A DNA stretch of 64,000 nt from Candidatus Poribacteria bacterium (GTDB lineage: Bacteria; Poribacteria; WGA-4E; UBA9662): the NCBI GenBank assembly GCA_002709695.1, contig PAQF01000017.1, positions 3,051 through 67,050 of the forward strand. Reading direction: 5' to 3'. Position 1 is the stretch's first letter. Every line of letters begins with the position of its first letter. The translations under genes were made by a program, and so were the position numbers. Of the stretch, positions 9,833 through 19,693 are shown piece after piece. The notes under the pieces are model-generated. The model was not told the origin of the DNA and made no database searches. It saw only the letters and a program-made list of their open reading frames with translations.

Positions 9833-10798
9833 ATGTTTGACTTAAAGCTTAAAGGTTTGTTCTTAACCTTGGTCTTGGCTAATTCTTTACTCAGCTCAGC
9901 TCATTCAGACACAAAGATCAAACTTAGACCACAAGCTGAAGTTCAGAGTCAGGTCATTCGTCTCGGAGATATTGCAGAAATTGAAGCTTCAACTGAATTG
10001 AAGCAAAAACTGCAAGGGATCGAACTTGGCAGGACAAACAAAACTGGACGTGCAAGAACTATCACTATTCCGCACATAAAGGCCAGAATTCTTAAACATA
10101 ACCTAGATAACTCTCACTTGAGTTTTGAAGGAACAATTTCATCTGTTACAAAAAAAACGATGACTATATCAACGGAACATATTTACAGTCAGGCGGAAAA
10201 TTTTTTCCAACAACAACTCCTGTCAACAAAAAATGATTCCGCAAAGCTCGAGATTCAACCGCTACAGCAGATCGAACCCATAACAGTTGATGATATGAAT
10301 TCAAAATTGAAATTTACACCAATAGGCGATCTCAGCCGAGGTTGTTTAGAAGCACAAATAATATCTAATGGCATAATAAAGAAACGCGTTCCGCTAACTT
10401 TTGAGATTATGATCAACCAACCAGTGATTGTAGCCAAATGTAACATTCCAAAAGGTGTTGGAATTCGACCTGATTTCTTATCAATAGAACCGCGTAGAAT
10501 TAAAAACCCAGCCAATACCTTACTAACAAAAATTAATCAGGTACAAGGAAAGATAGCCAGTAGATTAATTGCAAAAGGCAAAATAATTTCCAGATCCGAT
10601 TTCAAACAAGACTTCATCGTCTCCAAAGGATCCGTAGTAGCACTTATAGCCCAAAAAGGGGGTCTTAAAATACAAACACATGGCAAGGCAATCGAAAACG
10701 GCACTTTGGGACAACTTATTCGAGTTATCAGTCTTAACTCGAATAAGGAACGTATCGGCGAAGTAACTGGCAGAAATCGAATCCGCATACATTTTTAG
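9833..10798 (+). CDS. flgA: Flagellar P-ring formation chaperone FlgA
   Basis: 321 aa with signal peptide; C-terminal SAF-like region (IAKGKIISRSDF...VISLNSNKERIGEVTGRNRI); position between flgG and flgH. Confidence 0.7.
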   Translation: MFDLKLKGLFLTLVLANSLLSSAHSDTKIKLRPQAEVQSQVIRLGDIAEIEASTELKQKLQGIELGRTNKTGRARTITIPHIKARILKHNLDNSHLSFEGTISSVTKKTMTISTEHIYSQAENFFQQQLLSTKNDSAKLEIQPLQQIEPITVDDMNSKLKFTPIGDLSRGCLEAQIISNGIIKKRVPLTFEIMINQPVIVAKCNIPKGVGIRPDFLSIEPRRIKNPANTLLTKINQVQGKIASRLIAKGKIISRSDFKQDFIVSKGSVVALIAQKGGLKIQTHGKAIENGTLGQLIRVISLNSNKERIGEVTGRNRIRIHF

Positions 10799-10813
10799 TG
10801 AGGATATACCCTA

Positions 10814-11425
10814 GTGACTAAAAACCTTATCTCATATACTTTCTTATCAATAGCGCTTCTTTCTTCGAACTTCATAATTATCAACCAAGTTGATGCAGCA
10901 AAGAAATTAACAGTGTACGATGTATCAATGATTGCTGATAAAAAAGCGCGACGGGTTGGTGATGTTTTAACTGTCCTGGTCCTTGAACGTGCCAGCGCAA
11001 CACGAGAAGCCAAGACCGAAACAAGTCGTACCTCTGACCACAAAGGTCGACTTGGAGGCTTTGTTGGAATCCCTACAAGAGGACTTGGGGATGGCATTAG
11101 CCTAGGATCAGGTAATTCATTTACTGGAACTGGTTCTACCAGTCGAAGTGAAACCTTCGATGCAACGGTACCTGTTGTTGTGATAGAAGTCATGAAAAAT
11201 GGCAATCTCATGGTTGAAGGACAACGTAACATTCAGGTTAACAATGAAAAACAAACCATTAATGTAAAAGGAATCGTCAGGCCAACTGACATCACTGCAC
11301 ATAACACTATTATTTCAACCAATCTTGCAGGTGCCGAAATCATATATAACGGTGAGGGTCAAGTCAGCCAACAACAAAAACCTGGTTTTCTGTCACGATT
11401 ATTAAATTGGGTTTGGATCTTTTAG
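10814..11425 (+). CDS. flgH: Flagellar L-ring lipoprotein FlgH
   Basis: 203 aa; DKKARRVGDVLTVLVLERASATREAKTETSRTSD is the conserved FlgH core; signal peptide present. Confidence 0.8.
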   Translation: MTKNLISYTFLSIALLSSNFIIINQVDAAKKLTVYDVSMIADKKARRVGDVLTVLVLERASATREAKTETSRTSDHKGRLGGFVGIPTRGLGDGISLGSGNSFTGTGSTSRSETFDATVPVVVIEVMKNGNLMVEGQRNIQVNNEKQTINVKGIVRPTDITAHNTIISTNLAGAEIIYNGEGQVSQQQKPGFLSRLLNWVWIF

Positions 11426-11438
11426 TAAGGATGGAAAA

Positions 11439-12599
11439 ATGAAAAAAACTATCTCTCTATTAATTTGCATTTCGATTTTGGCCATTAGCTCTCCACAAAA
11501 TGCAACGGGGCAAACAGAAAAGCTACAGGTACGAATAAAGGATATTGTCAGCCTTGATGGTATTTACGAAGCAAAGTTGTTGGGGATGGGCGTTGTAACG
11601 GGACTCAATAACACAGGTGACAAACAAAACAATGAAGTAACACAAAGATTTCTTGAAAACATTATGAGGGAAATGGGAATATCAATCGCGCTCAGCCGAT
11701 TTGAAGCAAAAAACATGGCTGTCGTTACAGTTACAGCCACGTTGCCTCCATTCGCCAAAGTAGGGTCACAAATTGATGTTCAAGTTGAGTCTTTTCAAAA
11801 TGCTACCAGTCTACAAGGAGGAACACTGTTACCCACTCCCCTACTACACCCCCTTGATCCTTCCAAAGAAATCTACTTGATGGCAAGCGGTGTTATTTCA
11901 ATCGGTGGCTATGGGGCAGGTGAAAGTGGGAATCAAGTTCAAAAGAACCATTTAACTGCCGGCAACATACCGAACGGCGGTGTTGTTCACAAAGCTATGA
12001 GTGTGGATGTCTTTCAAGGTGAACAAATAACACTCGTTCCCTACCATGCGGATTATACAACAGTCACTCAAATTGTAGATAGAATAAATGACAATGAAAC
12101 TGGAAATGAAAAAGTTGCAGCTGCAGTAGATAGCGGTTCAATTAGAGTAAGCATTCCAACCAGATATCAAGACGCCAATCAAGCTATATACACCAATAAT
12201 GTTGTTCGCTTCGTTGCAGAAATCGGCGCACTCACAGTTGAAGTAGATCGTCCTGCAACTGTTGTTGTCGATGAAAGAACAGGAACTGTTGTTATTGGAT
12301 CAAACGTTACGATCTCAAACACTGCTGTCACGCATGGGGGACTGACGGTTACCGTAGGTTCCGAAGAGGAAGTATCTCAACCTAGCCCAATGAGTCAAGG
12401 AGAGACATTTCTACTGGAAGACACTGAGGTAACAGTTGAAGAAAAAGGAGGCGTGCTCGTGCCACTTCCAGATAGTGTTACAATCGATGAAGTAGTTAAC
12501 GCTTTAAACGCACTAGGTGCCACACCAAGAGAACTGATATCGATACTTCAAAACATAGAACGTGTTGGCGCACTTCATGCTAAGCTCATTGTTAGATAA
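11439..12599 (+). CDS. flgI: Flagellar P-ring protein FlgI
   Basis: 386 aa with signal peptide; RIKDIVSLDGIYEAKLLGMGVVTGLNNTGD is the FlgI N-terminal signature. Confidence 0.85.
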   Translation: MKKTISLLICISILAISSPQNATGQTEKLQVRIKDIVSLDGIYEAKLLGMGVVTGLNNTGDKQNNEVTQRFLENIMREMGISIALSRFEAKNMAVVTVTATLPPFAKVGSQIDVQVESFQNATSLQGGTLLPTPLLHPLDPSKEIYLMASGVISIGGYGAGESGNQVQKNHLTAGNIPNGGVVHKAMSVDVFQGEQITLVPYHADYTTVTQIVDRINDNETGNEKVAAAVDSGSIRVSIPTRYQDANQAIYTNNVVRFVAEIGALTVEVDRPATVVVDERTGTVVIGSNVTISNTAVTHGGLTVTVGSEEEVSQPSPMSQGETFLLEDTEVTVEEKGGVLVPLPDSVTIDEVVNALNALGATPRELISILQNIERVGALHAKLIVR

Positions 12600-12629
12600 A
12601 AGAGTTAGATTTCACAGGGCGGATGGAAA

Positions 12630-12953
12630 ATGAACCTTGATACTGGTATTAGCAAGTTTAACATGTCAAAATTCAACCATCAGATAAAAAAAATTTCTGA
12701 TACAGGAAAAAATACGGAAAAATTTTCTGGGGTTGATAAGAATTTACGTGAAGCAACACACGAATTCGAATCGTTATTTATTCATAATTTGTTGAAAACA
12801 ATGCGAGCTGCAATACCAAAGAGCGAATTTTTTAATGGAGGCTCTGGTGAAGAAATTTTCACAGACCTGTTGGATCAGGAAATTTCGAAAGTTGTATCGA
12901 AAAGAGGTATTGGAATCGCTGATGTTCTGTATCAGCGACTTACAAAGTCCTGA
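12630..12953 (+). CDS. Rod-binding protein (FlgJ N-terminal domain only; no muramidase domain)
   Basis: 107 aa; EFESLFIHNLLKTMRAA...EEIFTDLLDQEISK matches the Rod_binding/FlgJ N-terminal domain; no glucosaminidase domain follows. Confidence 0.6.
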   Translation: MNLDTGISKFNMSKFNHQIKKISDTGKNTEKFSGVDKNLREATHEFESLFIHNLLKTMRAAIPKSEFFNGGSGEEIFTDLLDQEISKVVSKRGIGIADVLYQRLTKS

Positions 12954-13045
12954 TTAATAGTGTTACATTCAAGATAGGTCTGATATAATTCAGGTTGTGT
13001 TCAGTAACTCAAGTTAAATTAAAAAAGAAATATGATAAAAGTCTC

Positions 13046-13073
13046 TAAAGTTTTTTGCCAAATGTGCCGAAAA
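13046..13073 (+). promoter_or_regulatory. Sigma-28 (FliA)-type promoter upstream of flgM
   Basis: TAAAG-N15-GCCGAAAA (consensus TAAAG-N15-GCCGATAA) ending about 40 nt upstream of the flgM start. Confidence 0.45.
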
Positions 13074-13112
13074 CAAACTTGAACTTGGATTTGAAAAAGG
13101 GAGTCAGATAAC

Positions 13113-13439
13113 ATGGTACCCATCAATCAAAAGGGAAAACTTGGAAGTTTAAATCAAGTTCTGACAAAGAAACAAGCGGAGAAAGTCCAAACTAACAAGA
13201 CAAATCCTTACCTCAATACACAAGAAGGAAAAGAAATAAAGGCAGAAAAAGACGGTTTTGTACAATCTACCAAAAGCAGTGAAGTCAATAGAATTAAAGA
13301 AAAGGCTAATCAACTGCCAGACATAGATTTGGAAAAAGTTGAAAAACTACGTCAGATGATTAAAGATGGTTCTTATACAGTTGACAATCAGGAAATCGCA
13401 GAAAACCTATTAGCCGCAGGCGCTAAGCTGGAAGAATAA
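13113..13439 (+). CDS. flgM: Anti-sigma-28 factor FlgM
   Basis: 108 aa; C-terminal KVEKLRQMIKDGSYTVDNQEIAENLL is the conserved FlgM sigma-28 binding helix region. Confidence 0.7.
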   Translation: MVPINQKGKLGSLNQVLTKKQAEKVQTNKTNPYLNTQEGKEIKAEKDGFVQSTKSSEVNRIKEKANQLPDIDLEKVEKLRQMIKDGSYTVDNQEIAENLLAAGAKLEE

Positions 13440-13482
13440 TTTAAAACAATTCTTTCTTAAACACGACATAAGGATATTCATT

Positions 13483-13974
13483 ATGCAAGACTTGTTGGAG
13501 AGACTAGCTGAAATTTTATCACAGCAACTGGATTTATATAACAAACTCCTGCTGAACCTCTCAGATCAGCGTTGCACGCTACCAACAGGAAACACAGAAG
13601 GTATCCATGAAATTCTCACACAACAGGAAAACTTGACTCTTGAGTTAAAGGCGTTAGAAGAAGCCCGTCTGCCTCTCATGGAAAAGCTATCTCAACATTT
13701 GCATGAACCAACAGAACAGTTAACTCTGATGAAATTAGCAAAAATGGTGGAAGAACCTTTCAGCAGCAAATATAAAAAATTGAGCAAACAAGTAAAAAAC
13801 ATAACACAACAAATTGATGATCGGAATCAGGACAATAAGTACTTGACCGATAATTCACTTGATCTCGTTAATACATCACTACGACTGTTTGCTACCTGTA
13901 ACCCATTCGGTTATAACGATCAAGACCTCTTACATTTTAAAGGGAAGGCTAGTAAATTCCAGACAACTGCTTAA
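13483..13974 (+). CDS. flgN: Flagellar export chaperone FlgN-like protein
   Basis: 163 aa, helical; MQDLLERLAEILSQQLDLYNKLLLNL is a FlgN-like N-terminus; position between flgM and flgK. Confidence 0.5.
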   Translation: MQDLLERLAEILSQQLDLYNKLLLNLSDQRCTLPTGNTEGIHEILTQQENLTLELKALEEARLPLMEKLSQHLHEPTEQLTLMKLAKMVEEPFSSKYKKLSKQVKNITQQIDDRNQDNKYLTDNSLDLVNTSLRLFATCNPFGYNDQDLLHFKGKASKFQTTA

Positions 13975-14015
13975 GAAGCAGATAATTCTAAGACCACTTA
14001 AGAAACTATACCACT

Positions 14016-15821
14016 ATGAACAATCTTATCAGTAGCCTCCAAATTGCGAAAAGAGCACTAAGCACTCAACGCCTAGGCTTATCAATTGCAGGCCACAACA
14101 TTTCCAATGTCAACACACCGAATTATGCCAGACAGCAAGCACTAGTTGAACCTGGTGTTAGCGGGGCCGGCATGGCAGGTGTTGAAATTACATATATCCG
14201 CCGAATTCAAGATAGAGTCGTTGATGAGAGACTTCGCCTTAACACTCAAGAACTCGCCAAGTGGAAAACCTTATCCGATCGACTAAACCAGATAGAAACT
14301 TTCTTTAGTGACCTTTCGGGAACAGGATTGTCGGGAGCACTCTCCGATTTTTGGAACAGTTGGCAAGATCTAACTGTTTCACCTGAATCGGAATCATCCA
14401 GACTCGTTACCGTTCAACGGGGTGTTGTTCTAGCATCCCGCTTGCAGGATATGAATGCAGGAATCGAAGAATCACACGCGGATTTGGATGCGGAGATCAA
14501 CCGAAAAATCACCGAAATCAATGAAATTACAACTCGGGTTGGAAAATTAAATCAAGAGATTGTTTCAATCGAGCTCTCTGGTAGTCAAGCAAACGACCAA
14601 CGAACTCTACGTGACTATCAAATGGCTCAACTATCAGAACTAATTAATTTCCGAACAACCGAGCGCGTGGATGGTTCCGTTCAGGTTTTCGTTGACAGCC
14701 TGTCGTTAGTTGAAGGAAACCGAGTAACAGAATTGGTTGCCGAACTTACCCCTGATTCCGAAGGAGGATCGACCAGCACTGCCTCAACAAAAGTCCTTGC
14801 TAGCAATAACGAAGTCAACATTTCAGAAGGAGCTTTGGCTGGACTGATCGAAGCCCGAGATCAACATTTACCTACTATGTTAACTCGGATGAAGACACTA
14901 TCAGAAACTTTAATTACACAAGTCAACAAACTGCACAAAACAGGCTATGGACTTGACAATTCATCAAGTCTAGATTTTTTCTCAGGGGCAAGTATCGAGG
15001 ATATTACCGTCAATTCACAATTACTTACTGATCCCAAGAAATTGGGAGTATCAGGCGCTACGGGCACACCAGGTAATAACGCAAGAGCACTGGAAATCGC
15101 CCAGTTACGGACATCTCTCACTATAGGCGCTACTGTAATTCCCAATGACCGACAGACTCTGACTGTTGAGAGTACTGATGGATGGGCTAAAAATGACATA
15201 TTAGGAGTAGCAGGTTCATCCGATTTAACTGGAGCCAGCACATGGGCTCGAATTCTAAAGATTGACAGTGGAACTCAAGTTACAGTTGAATTGTTTCAAA
15301 ATCCTACAACAAAAACATTCGATAAGAAATTCGACTTTACACAAGAAGATGGCTCAACTACAGTTCTTACTAATAAAGTATACCGTGACGCAGCCGGTAA
15401 TTACCTAACTGTTGATCCTAATCCATCCGACGATAAAGATCTAGACCAGCTGGTGGCACTCTCCGAAGGCGAAGAAGGAAAGCTCGAGGAATTGTGGAGT
15501 GCAACGGGCAAAAGTTCCGTCATGACAGCAAACCCGCAAACATTTACGTCAAATGAAACATTCACTGAAGGAACACAAACTTTCAGTGATTACTTTGCCA
15601 GTATGTATAGTTTCATTGGAACACAAAGCCAACAAGCCCAAAGAAATTCTGACAATACTGAACTCCTTGTTCAGCAACTCACAGACTACCGTGAAAAAGT
15701 CTCAGGCGTCTCTCTGGACGAAGAAATGGCTAACCTGATACAATTTCAACGTGCGTTCGAAGCTTCAGCAAGATACATCAGAGTAGTTGATGAAATGCTA
15801 TCGACACTGATGAACATGTAG
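14016..15821 (+). CDS. flgK: Flagellar hook-associated protein 1 FlgK
   Basis: 601 aa; N-terminus MNNLISSLQIAKRALSTQRLGLSIAGHNISNVNTPNYARQ and C-terminus MANLIQFQRAFEASARYIRVVDEMLSTLMNM are FlgK hallmarks. Confidence 0.85.
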   Translation: MNNLISSLQIAKRALSTQRLGLSIAGHNISNVNTPNYARQQALVEPGVSGAGMAGVEITYIRRIQDRVVDERLRLNTQELAKWKTLSDRLNQIETFFSDLSGTGLSGALSDFWNSWQDLTVSPESESSRLVTVQRGVVLASRLQDMNAGIEESHADLDAEINRKITEINEITTRVGKLNQEIVSIELSGSQANDQRTLRDYQMAQLSELINFRTTERVDGSVQVFVDSLSLVEGNRVTELVAELTPDSEGGSTSTASTKVLASNNEVNISEGALAGLIEARDQHLPTMLTRMKTLSETLITQVNKLHKTGYGLDNSSSLDFFSGASIEDITVNSQLLTDPKKLGVSGATGTPGNNARALEIAQLRTSLTIGATVIPNDRQTLTVESTDGWAKNDILGVAGSSDLTGASTWARILKIDSGTQVTVELFQNPTTKTFDKKFDFTQEDGSTTVLTNKVYRDAAGNYLTVDPNPSDDKDLDQLVALSEGEEGKLEELWSATGKSSVMTANPQTFTSNETFTEGTQTFSDYFASMYSFIGTQSQQAQRNSDNTELLVQQLTDYREKVSGVSLDEEMANLIQFQRAFEASARYIRVVDEMLSTLMNM

Positions 15822-15841
15822 GACATAAAGGAACCAAAATT

Positions 15842-16759
15842 ATGCGAGTAACACACAAAAGTATTACCTATAAAGCCATCGTCAATATGCAAAGAAGCCT
15901 CCGGCAAGTTGAAGGGAAAACAGATGAAATTTCGACAGGCCGAAAAATCTCCTTACCATCGGACGATCCATCCCAAGCTACCCGTGCATTAGGATACCAA
16001 CAAAAGATCGCTCAAAGCCAACAATACTCACGTAATATGGATACCGTAGTTGACCGATTGAACCAAACAGAATCAGCTCTCGGAGAAATTAACGGATCTG
16101 TCGTGCAAATCAAAGAAATTGCTTTAACTTTAAAAGATCCATCTATTACAGCAGAAGAATTGAATAACGCATTTGAAAAACTCAGTCAACTCAAGGAACA
16201 ACTTGTAAAACTTGGAAATACAAAAGTGGGTGATCAGTACATTTTTGGCGGTAGTAATACAACTTCCAGATCTTTCGAACTCACAGATGATGGCCAAATC
16301 CTCTACCGCGGCAACACATCTGAAATCAACGTAGAAATGGGTGACAACATATCAATAACTACAAACATTCCAGGAACAACAATATTTAGCATGCAAGCTA
16401 CTACGGCAGGTATTATTACCGATAATGGTGTTTTTGGGTCCTTAGATACCCTAATGCAGGTAGCACAAGGAGGCGAACCACCAGCTGATTTTGATAATGT
16501 GTTAGACGAAATTGACGGACTAAATAATACAGTCATTAACGCACGAGCAATCAACTCAAACCGAGGGTTCCGTGCCGAGTCAGCACAAGAATCATTATCA
16601 GCAGAACAAACTAGTGTTGAAGGAGTTTTAGCCAGTATCATGGAAACCGATACAGCATTGGCTCTAACAGAACTCCTATCCTTACAGGAAGCTTATCAGT
16701 TGACTCTTAACGTAGTAAACAAATCTTTTCAACGTTCTCTAGTGGACGTCCTCGGTTAA
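15842..16759 (+). CDS. flgL: Flagellar hook-associated protein 3 FlgL
   Basis: 305 aa; flagellin-like N-terminus (ISTGRKISLPSDDPSQATRAL) and C-terminus (ALALTELLSLQEAYQLTLNVVNKSFQRSLVDVL). Confidence 0.8.
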   Translation: MRVTHKSITYKAIVNMQRSLRQVEGKTDEISTGRKISLPSDDPSQATRALGYQQKIAQSQQYSRNMDTVVDRLNQTESALGEINGSVVQIKEIALTLKDPSITAEELNNAFEKLSQLKEQLVKLGNTKVGDQYIFGGSNTTSRSFELTDDGQILYRGNTSEINVEMGDNISITTNIPGTTIFSMQATTAGIITDNGVFGSLDTLMQVAQGGEPPADFDNVLDEIDGLNNTVINARAINSNRGFRAESAQESLSAEQTSVEGVLASIMETDTALALTELLSLQEAYQLTLNVVNKSFQRSLVDVLG

Positions 16760-16912
16760 TCCCAACAAAGCACACCAAGTTTTAAAAACCATTCTCCATA
16801 TTACAGTAAGAAGCATAAGAAACGACGACAACAGTTGGTTTCTTATACTCCTTCTTTATTCACATTTTCATTAAGCATTCTGCTAACTAATATCCTGTTC
16901 ACTCAAAAAGCG

Positions 16913-18811
16913 TCACCAATCCTTAAACGGGAAAATGTTTGTATTGGCTAAGATACCATAGATACTCCATAGACTCCCCAATACGAATTCACCAAGTACC
17001 ATCCCTAAGAAAAAAGGGGAAAATCTTCGGTGCACTCCCAATCCACCATGTTTAAGAACTACCCATTTGACTAAAGTTGCAACCAAGAGGGACAGCCACA
17101 GCCAGTTCATACACCAATCATCTGCACCAGATACAGCATAACCAACAGCATGAAAAGGCCACCAGAAGAATTTCATTCGACAAAACATCAGGATAAATGT
17201 AAAAACCATTCCAACCCCAATAAACATAGCTTCCAAGAATCTAGGACCTGAAGGATGATTCATCTGCTGCTGTAATTTCCGGTAAGGTTCCCAGCCAAAC
17301 CCACCACCAGAACCAAAATGGTACGAATCATGTGCATATGCCCAAAACGAAGAAACAGATCCTACAATGATAGCCAAGATTATTGAGATTATGAGTGGGC
17401 TGGATCCAAAACCAGATCGATCAGCTAATTTAAACGCTTCGAGTTGGTGAGGCATTGCATGACTACGATGTGCTCGATTAAAGAAAAAGAAGAACGAGAG
17501 TACCGTCAAATTTTGCCCACCTAGAAATCGGGTGCCTAAGCATGTTGCCAATGTGTAATCAGCCCCCATAATATGCAGGTCATGAGCAGGAGCTCCCGAT
17601 TCAGCTCGCATTCTTGTAATCCCTATGGACAAAAAATAGTAAATCAAAAAAAAAGCAACAGCTATCCAAATGCTCAATCCCATCTTGTGAGAAAACCCAA
17701 CAAGGTACGCTAAACCAAGAACAATTCCGAGTACCGCATTCCGATACCTCATCGGCTCATTAGATTCATCTAGTCCAGAGTGACCCACTACTACATGTTT
17801 TAGAATTCGCGTTAAATATTTCCGGCTAGTCCACACAGCAAATATAGATAATCCCAAATAGGCACCAAGGGACTGTTGACGATCGTATGGAAACCCAGGT
17901 AACGATCTCATGCCGAGAATTGCCCCCAGCACATGCTGTAACTTACGGAATAGAAAAAAGAACCAACATGAAAATGACAGATCTATCGGCATGAAAAACC
18001 CAAGTCCAATAACAAATGGATAAATCGAAAAGCGTATTGTCCCAAGAGCATTCCAAGGTTTTTCAGTAAATAAATAGCCAATATTTCGAAACCGCACACC
18101 AATGACAGGAACACTTGGGATGAAATAACTCAACCCATTAACAACATTCAACATGGCAACTAAGATAAATGCGAACCAAAAGAGTCTATTACTGAAAAAT
18201 TGTGTCCCGCTGTTCTGCGTCATGGCAAAAGGAAGCTCAATAATCGGATAAGCCAGTTTTTCATTTTCCGTCCACTTTTTGCGCAAGATAACGTTTATAC
18301 ATACCATAACAAATAGAAGTGCAACGATAAAAGTCGTCCACCACAACATTGGTGGCACCCATGCTTTAAATTTCACGAGACTATAAAGCGTTGATTCCCC
18401 TTCGTAATACCCTTCCAGAACCAACTTGTCTTGAATGGTCAACCATTCTGGAATGTAGCGAAAAAAGAGATCTCTCCACTCATTTTCCGGCGTTTCAAAC
18501 CAATAAGCGTGACCAATCAAAGGAACAAGAATTTGCCCAAAATCGTGTGAAGCAACGACGCTCCCCATACACAACAAGATATAAATTGTGAGCAATTCGC
18601 TTTGTGTCAATGTCCAATCAGGCTGAATATTTTTTATCAACCAGTTTAGCAATATAATTACAAACAGACAAAAAATGACATTAAAAAAAAGCGACATTGT
18701 AGTTGGAAACAATCCCCACCAAACCATTTCTGTGTAGATAATCCAGTAGGAATTGAGAGGGATTAACAGAAGTGAAATCAAAACAGATCGGCGGGTTATA
18801 TTATGCGACAT
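16913..18811 (-). CDS. Polytopic membrane protein of unknown function (paralog of 46060..48012), 632 aa
   Basis: At least 12 predicted TM helices; shares a long collinear similarity with the 650-aa protein at 46060..48012 (for example PAHDLHIMGADY...RAHRSHAMPHQLEAFKLADRSG versus PAHDLYNAGPDL...SYRAHPMPHQLEALKLAHQTR; WPFHAVGYAVSG versus WPLHPVGYVVSS). No recognised catalytic motif. Confidence 0.6.
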   Translation of the reverse strand: MSHNITRRSVLISLLLIPLNSYWIIYTEMVWWGLFPTTMSLFFNVIFCLFVIILLNWLIKNIQPDWTLTQSELLTIYILLCMGSVVASHDFGQILVPLIGHAYWFETPENEWRDLFFRYIPEWLTIQDKLVLEGYYEGESTLYSLVKFKAWVPPMLWWTTFIVALLFVMVCINVILRKKWTENEKLAYPIIELPFAMTQNSGTQFFSNRLFWFAFILVAMLNVVNGLSYFIPSVPVIGVRFRNIGYLFTEKPWNALGTIRFSIYPFVIGLGFFMPIDLSFSCWFFFLFRKLQHVLGAILGMRSLPGFPYDRQQSLGAYLGLSIFAVWTSRKYLTRILKHVVVGHSGLDESNEPMRYRNAVLGIVLGLAYLVGFSHKMGLSIWIAVAFFLIYYFLSIGITRMRAESGAPAHDLHIMGADYTLATCLGTRFLGGQNLTVLSFFFFFNRAHRSHAMPHQLEAFKLADRSGFGSSPLIISIILAIIVGSVSSFWAYAHDSYHFGSGGGFGWEPYRKLQQQMNHPSGPRFLEAMFIGVGMVFTFILMFCRMKFFWWPFHAVGYAVSGADDWCMNWLWLSLLVATLVKWVVLKHGGLGVHRRFSPFFLGMVLGEFVLGSLWSIYGILANTNIFPFKDW

Positions 18812-18886
18812 GGTCAGCGAGAATTGGCAAGGCCCAATAGGAAGGAACTAGAGAGAAAAAAATCGAGTTTATTACATCAATAAAAT

Positions 18887-19693
18887 TTACTGCCAAGAAT
18901 TGTGCCAGACAAGAGGATTTTGTTCGTCATTTCCCAGTAAATCACCAATTTCCAGCGATTCAAACAAGTCTTGCGGTAATATATTTCGTTTACCATTAAA
19001 ACAACTACCATCCGGCATAAAAGCACACGTCATAGCACGGCGATATTTATTGGTCATGTTAGCACCAGCACCATGTGCACAAAGACCATTGTGCCACACA
19101 ATCGATCCCGCGGGGCACGGAACTGGTACAGGATCAATGTCTCTCCACTCTGGATAGAGATTAAAAAGTTCGCCAACATTATGTCCAATACCAACGCTAT
19201 TATCAAATCGAGCGGTTTTATGAGACCCTGGTATGTACCACATACAGCCATTTTCCAGTGTTGCATCATCAAGCGCCACCCAAAACGAAATCGCGTCGCG
19301 CGAATCAAACGACCAATACGGGACATCAAGATGCCAAGCTGTAGGATTTCCATGCGGAGGCTTAATAAGAGCTTGGTCGTGCCAAACACGAATGCCTTCT
19401 GCTCCAATCAAATCGCTTGTTAACTTCCCAAGTCGCGGATCATAGACCAATCCACGCACAGCATCATTTGTGTCAGCCAATCTAAGACATTGGGTAAAAA
19501 CACGAGCATAAAAAGCCTGTGGGTCCCCTTGATTGGTTAAATGCTCAACCGATCCTCCTAATCGATCGGCAACAGCAGCATCAACACATTGACGCCACAT
19601 CTCTAATTCAACGTCATCAAAAAAACCTTCAACTACCAAAAATCCATGTTCATGATACGACTCAATCTGAGTAGCCGTAAGTTCATTTATCAT
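18887..19693 (-). CDS. Phytanoyl-CoA dioxygenase (PhyH) family Fe(II)/2-oxoglutarate oxygenase
   Basis: 268 aa; WHLDVPYW...H...D and distal H (WHNGLCAHGAGAN) give a PhyH-type His-x-Asp...His facial triad. Confidence 0.65.
   Translation of the reverse strand: MINELTATQIESYHEHGFLVVEGFFDDVELEMWRQCVDAAVADRLGGSVEHLTNQGDPQAFYARVFTQCLRLADTNDAVRGLVYDPRLGKLTSDLIGAEGIRVWHDQALIKPPHGNPTAWHLDVPYWSFDSRDAISFWVALDDATLENGCMWYIPGSHKTARFDNSVGIGHNVGELFNLYPEWRDIDPVPVPCPAGSIVWHNGLCAHGAGANMTNKYRRAMTCAFMPDGSCFNGKRNILPQDLFESLEIGDLLGNDEQNPLVWHNSWQ

Noticed and set aside
10255-11302. Several 60-145 aa minus-strand ORFs overlapping flgA/flgH
   Set aside because: They are antisense to strongly supported flagellar genes, with biased low-complexity translations. 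These are typical shadow ORFs.
16817-16844. Hairpin AAGAAAC-N14-GTTTCTT between convergent flgL and the membrane-protein gene as a bidirectional terminator
   Set aside because: The stem is plausible, but the loop is long (14 nt) and there is no clear U-tract on either side, so it is too weak to report as a terminator.
19054-19445. Overlapping 70-117 aa ORFs on both strands within the PhyH gene
   Set aside because: Frame-shadow artefacts; the PhyH reading frame carries the family motifs.
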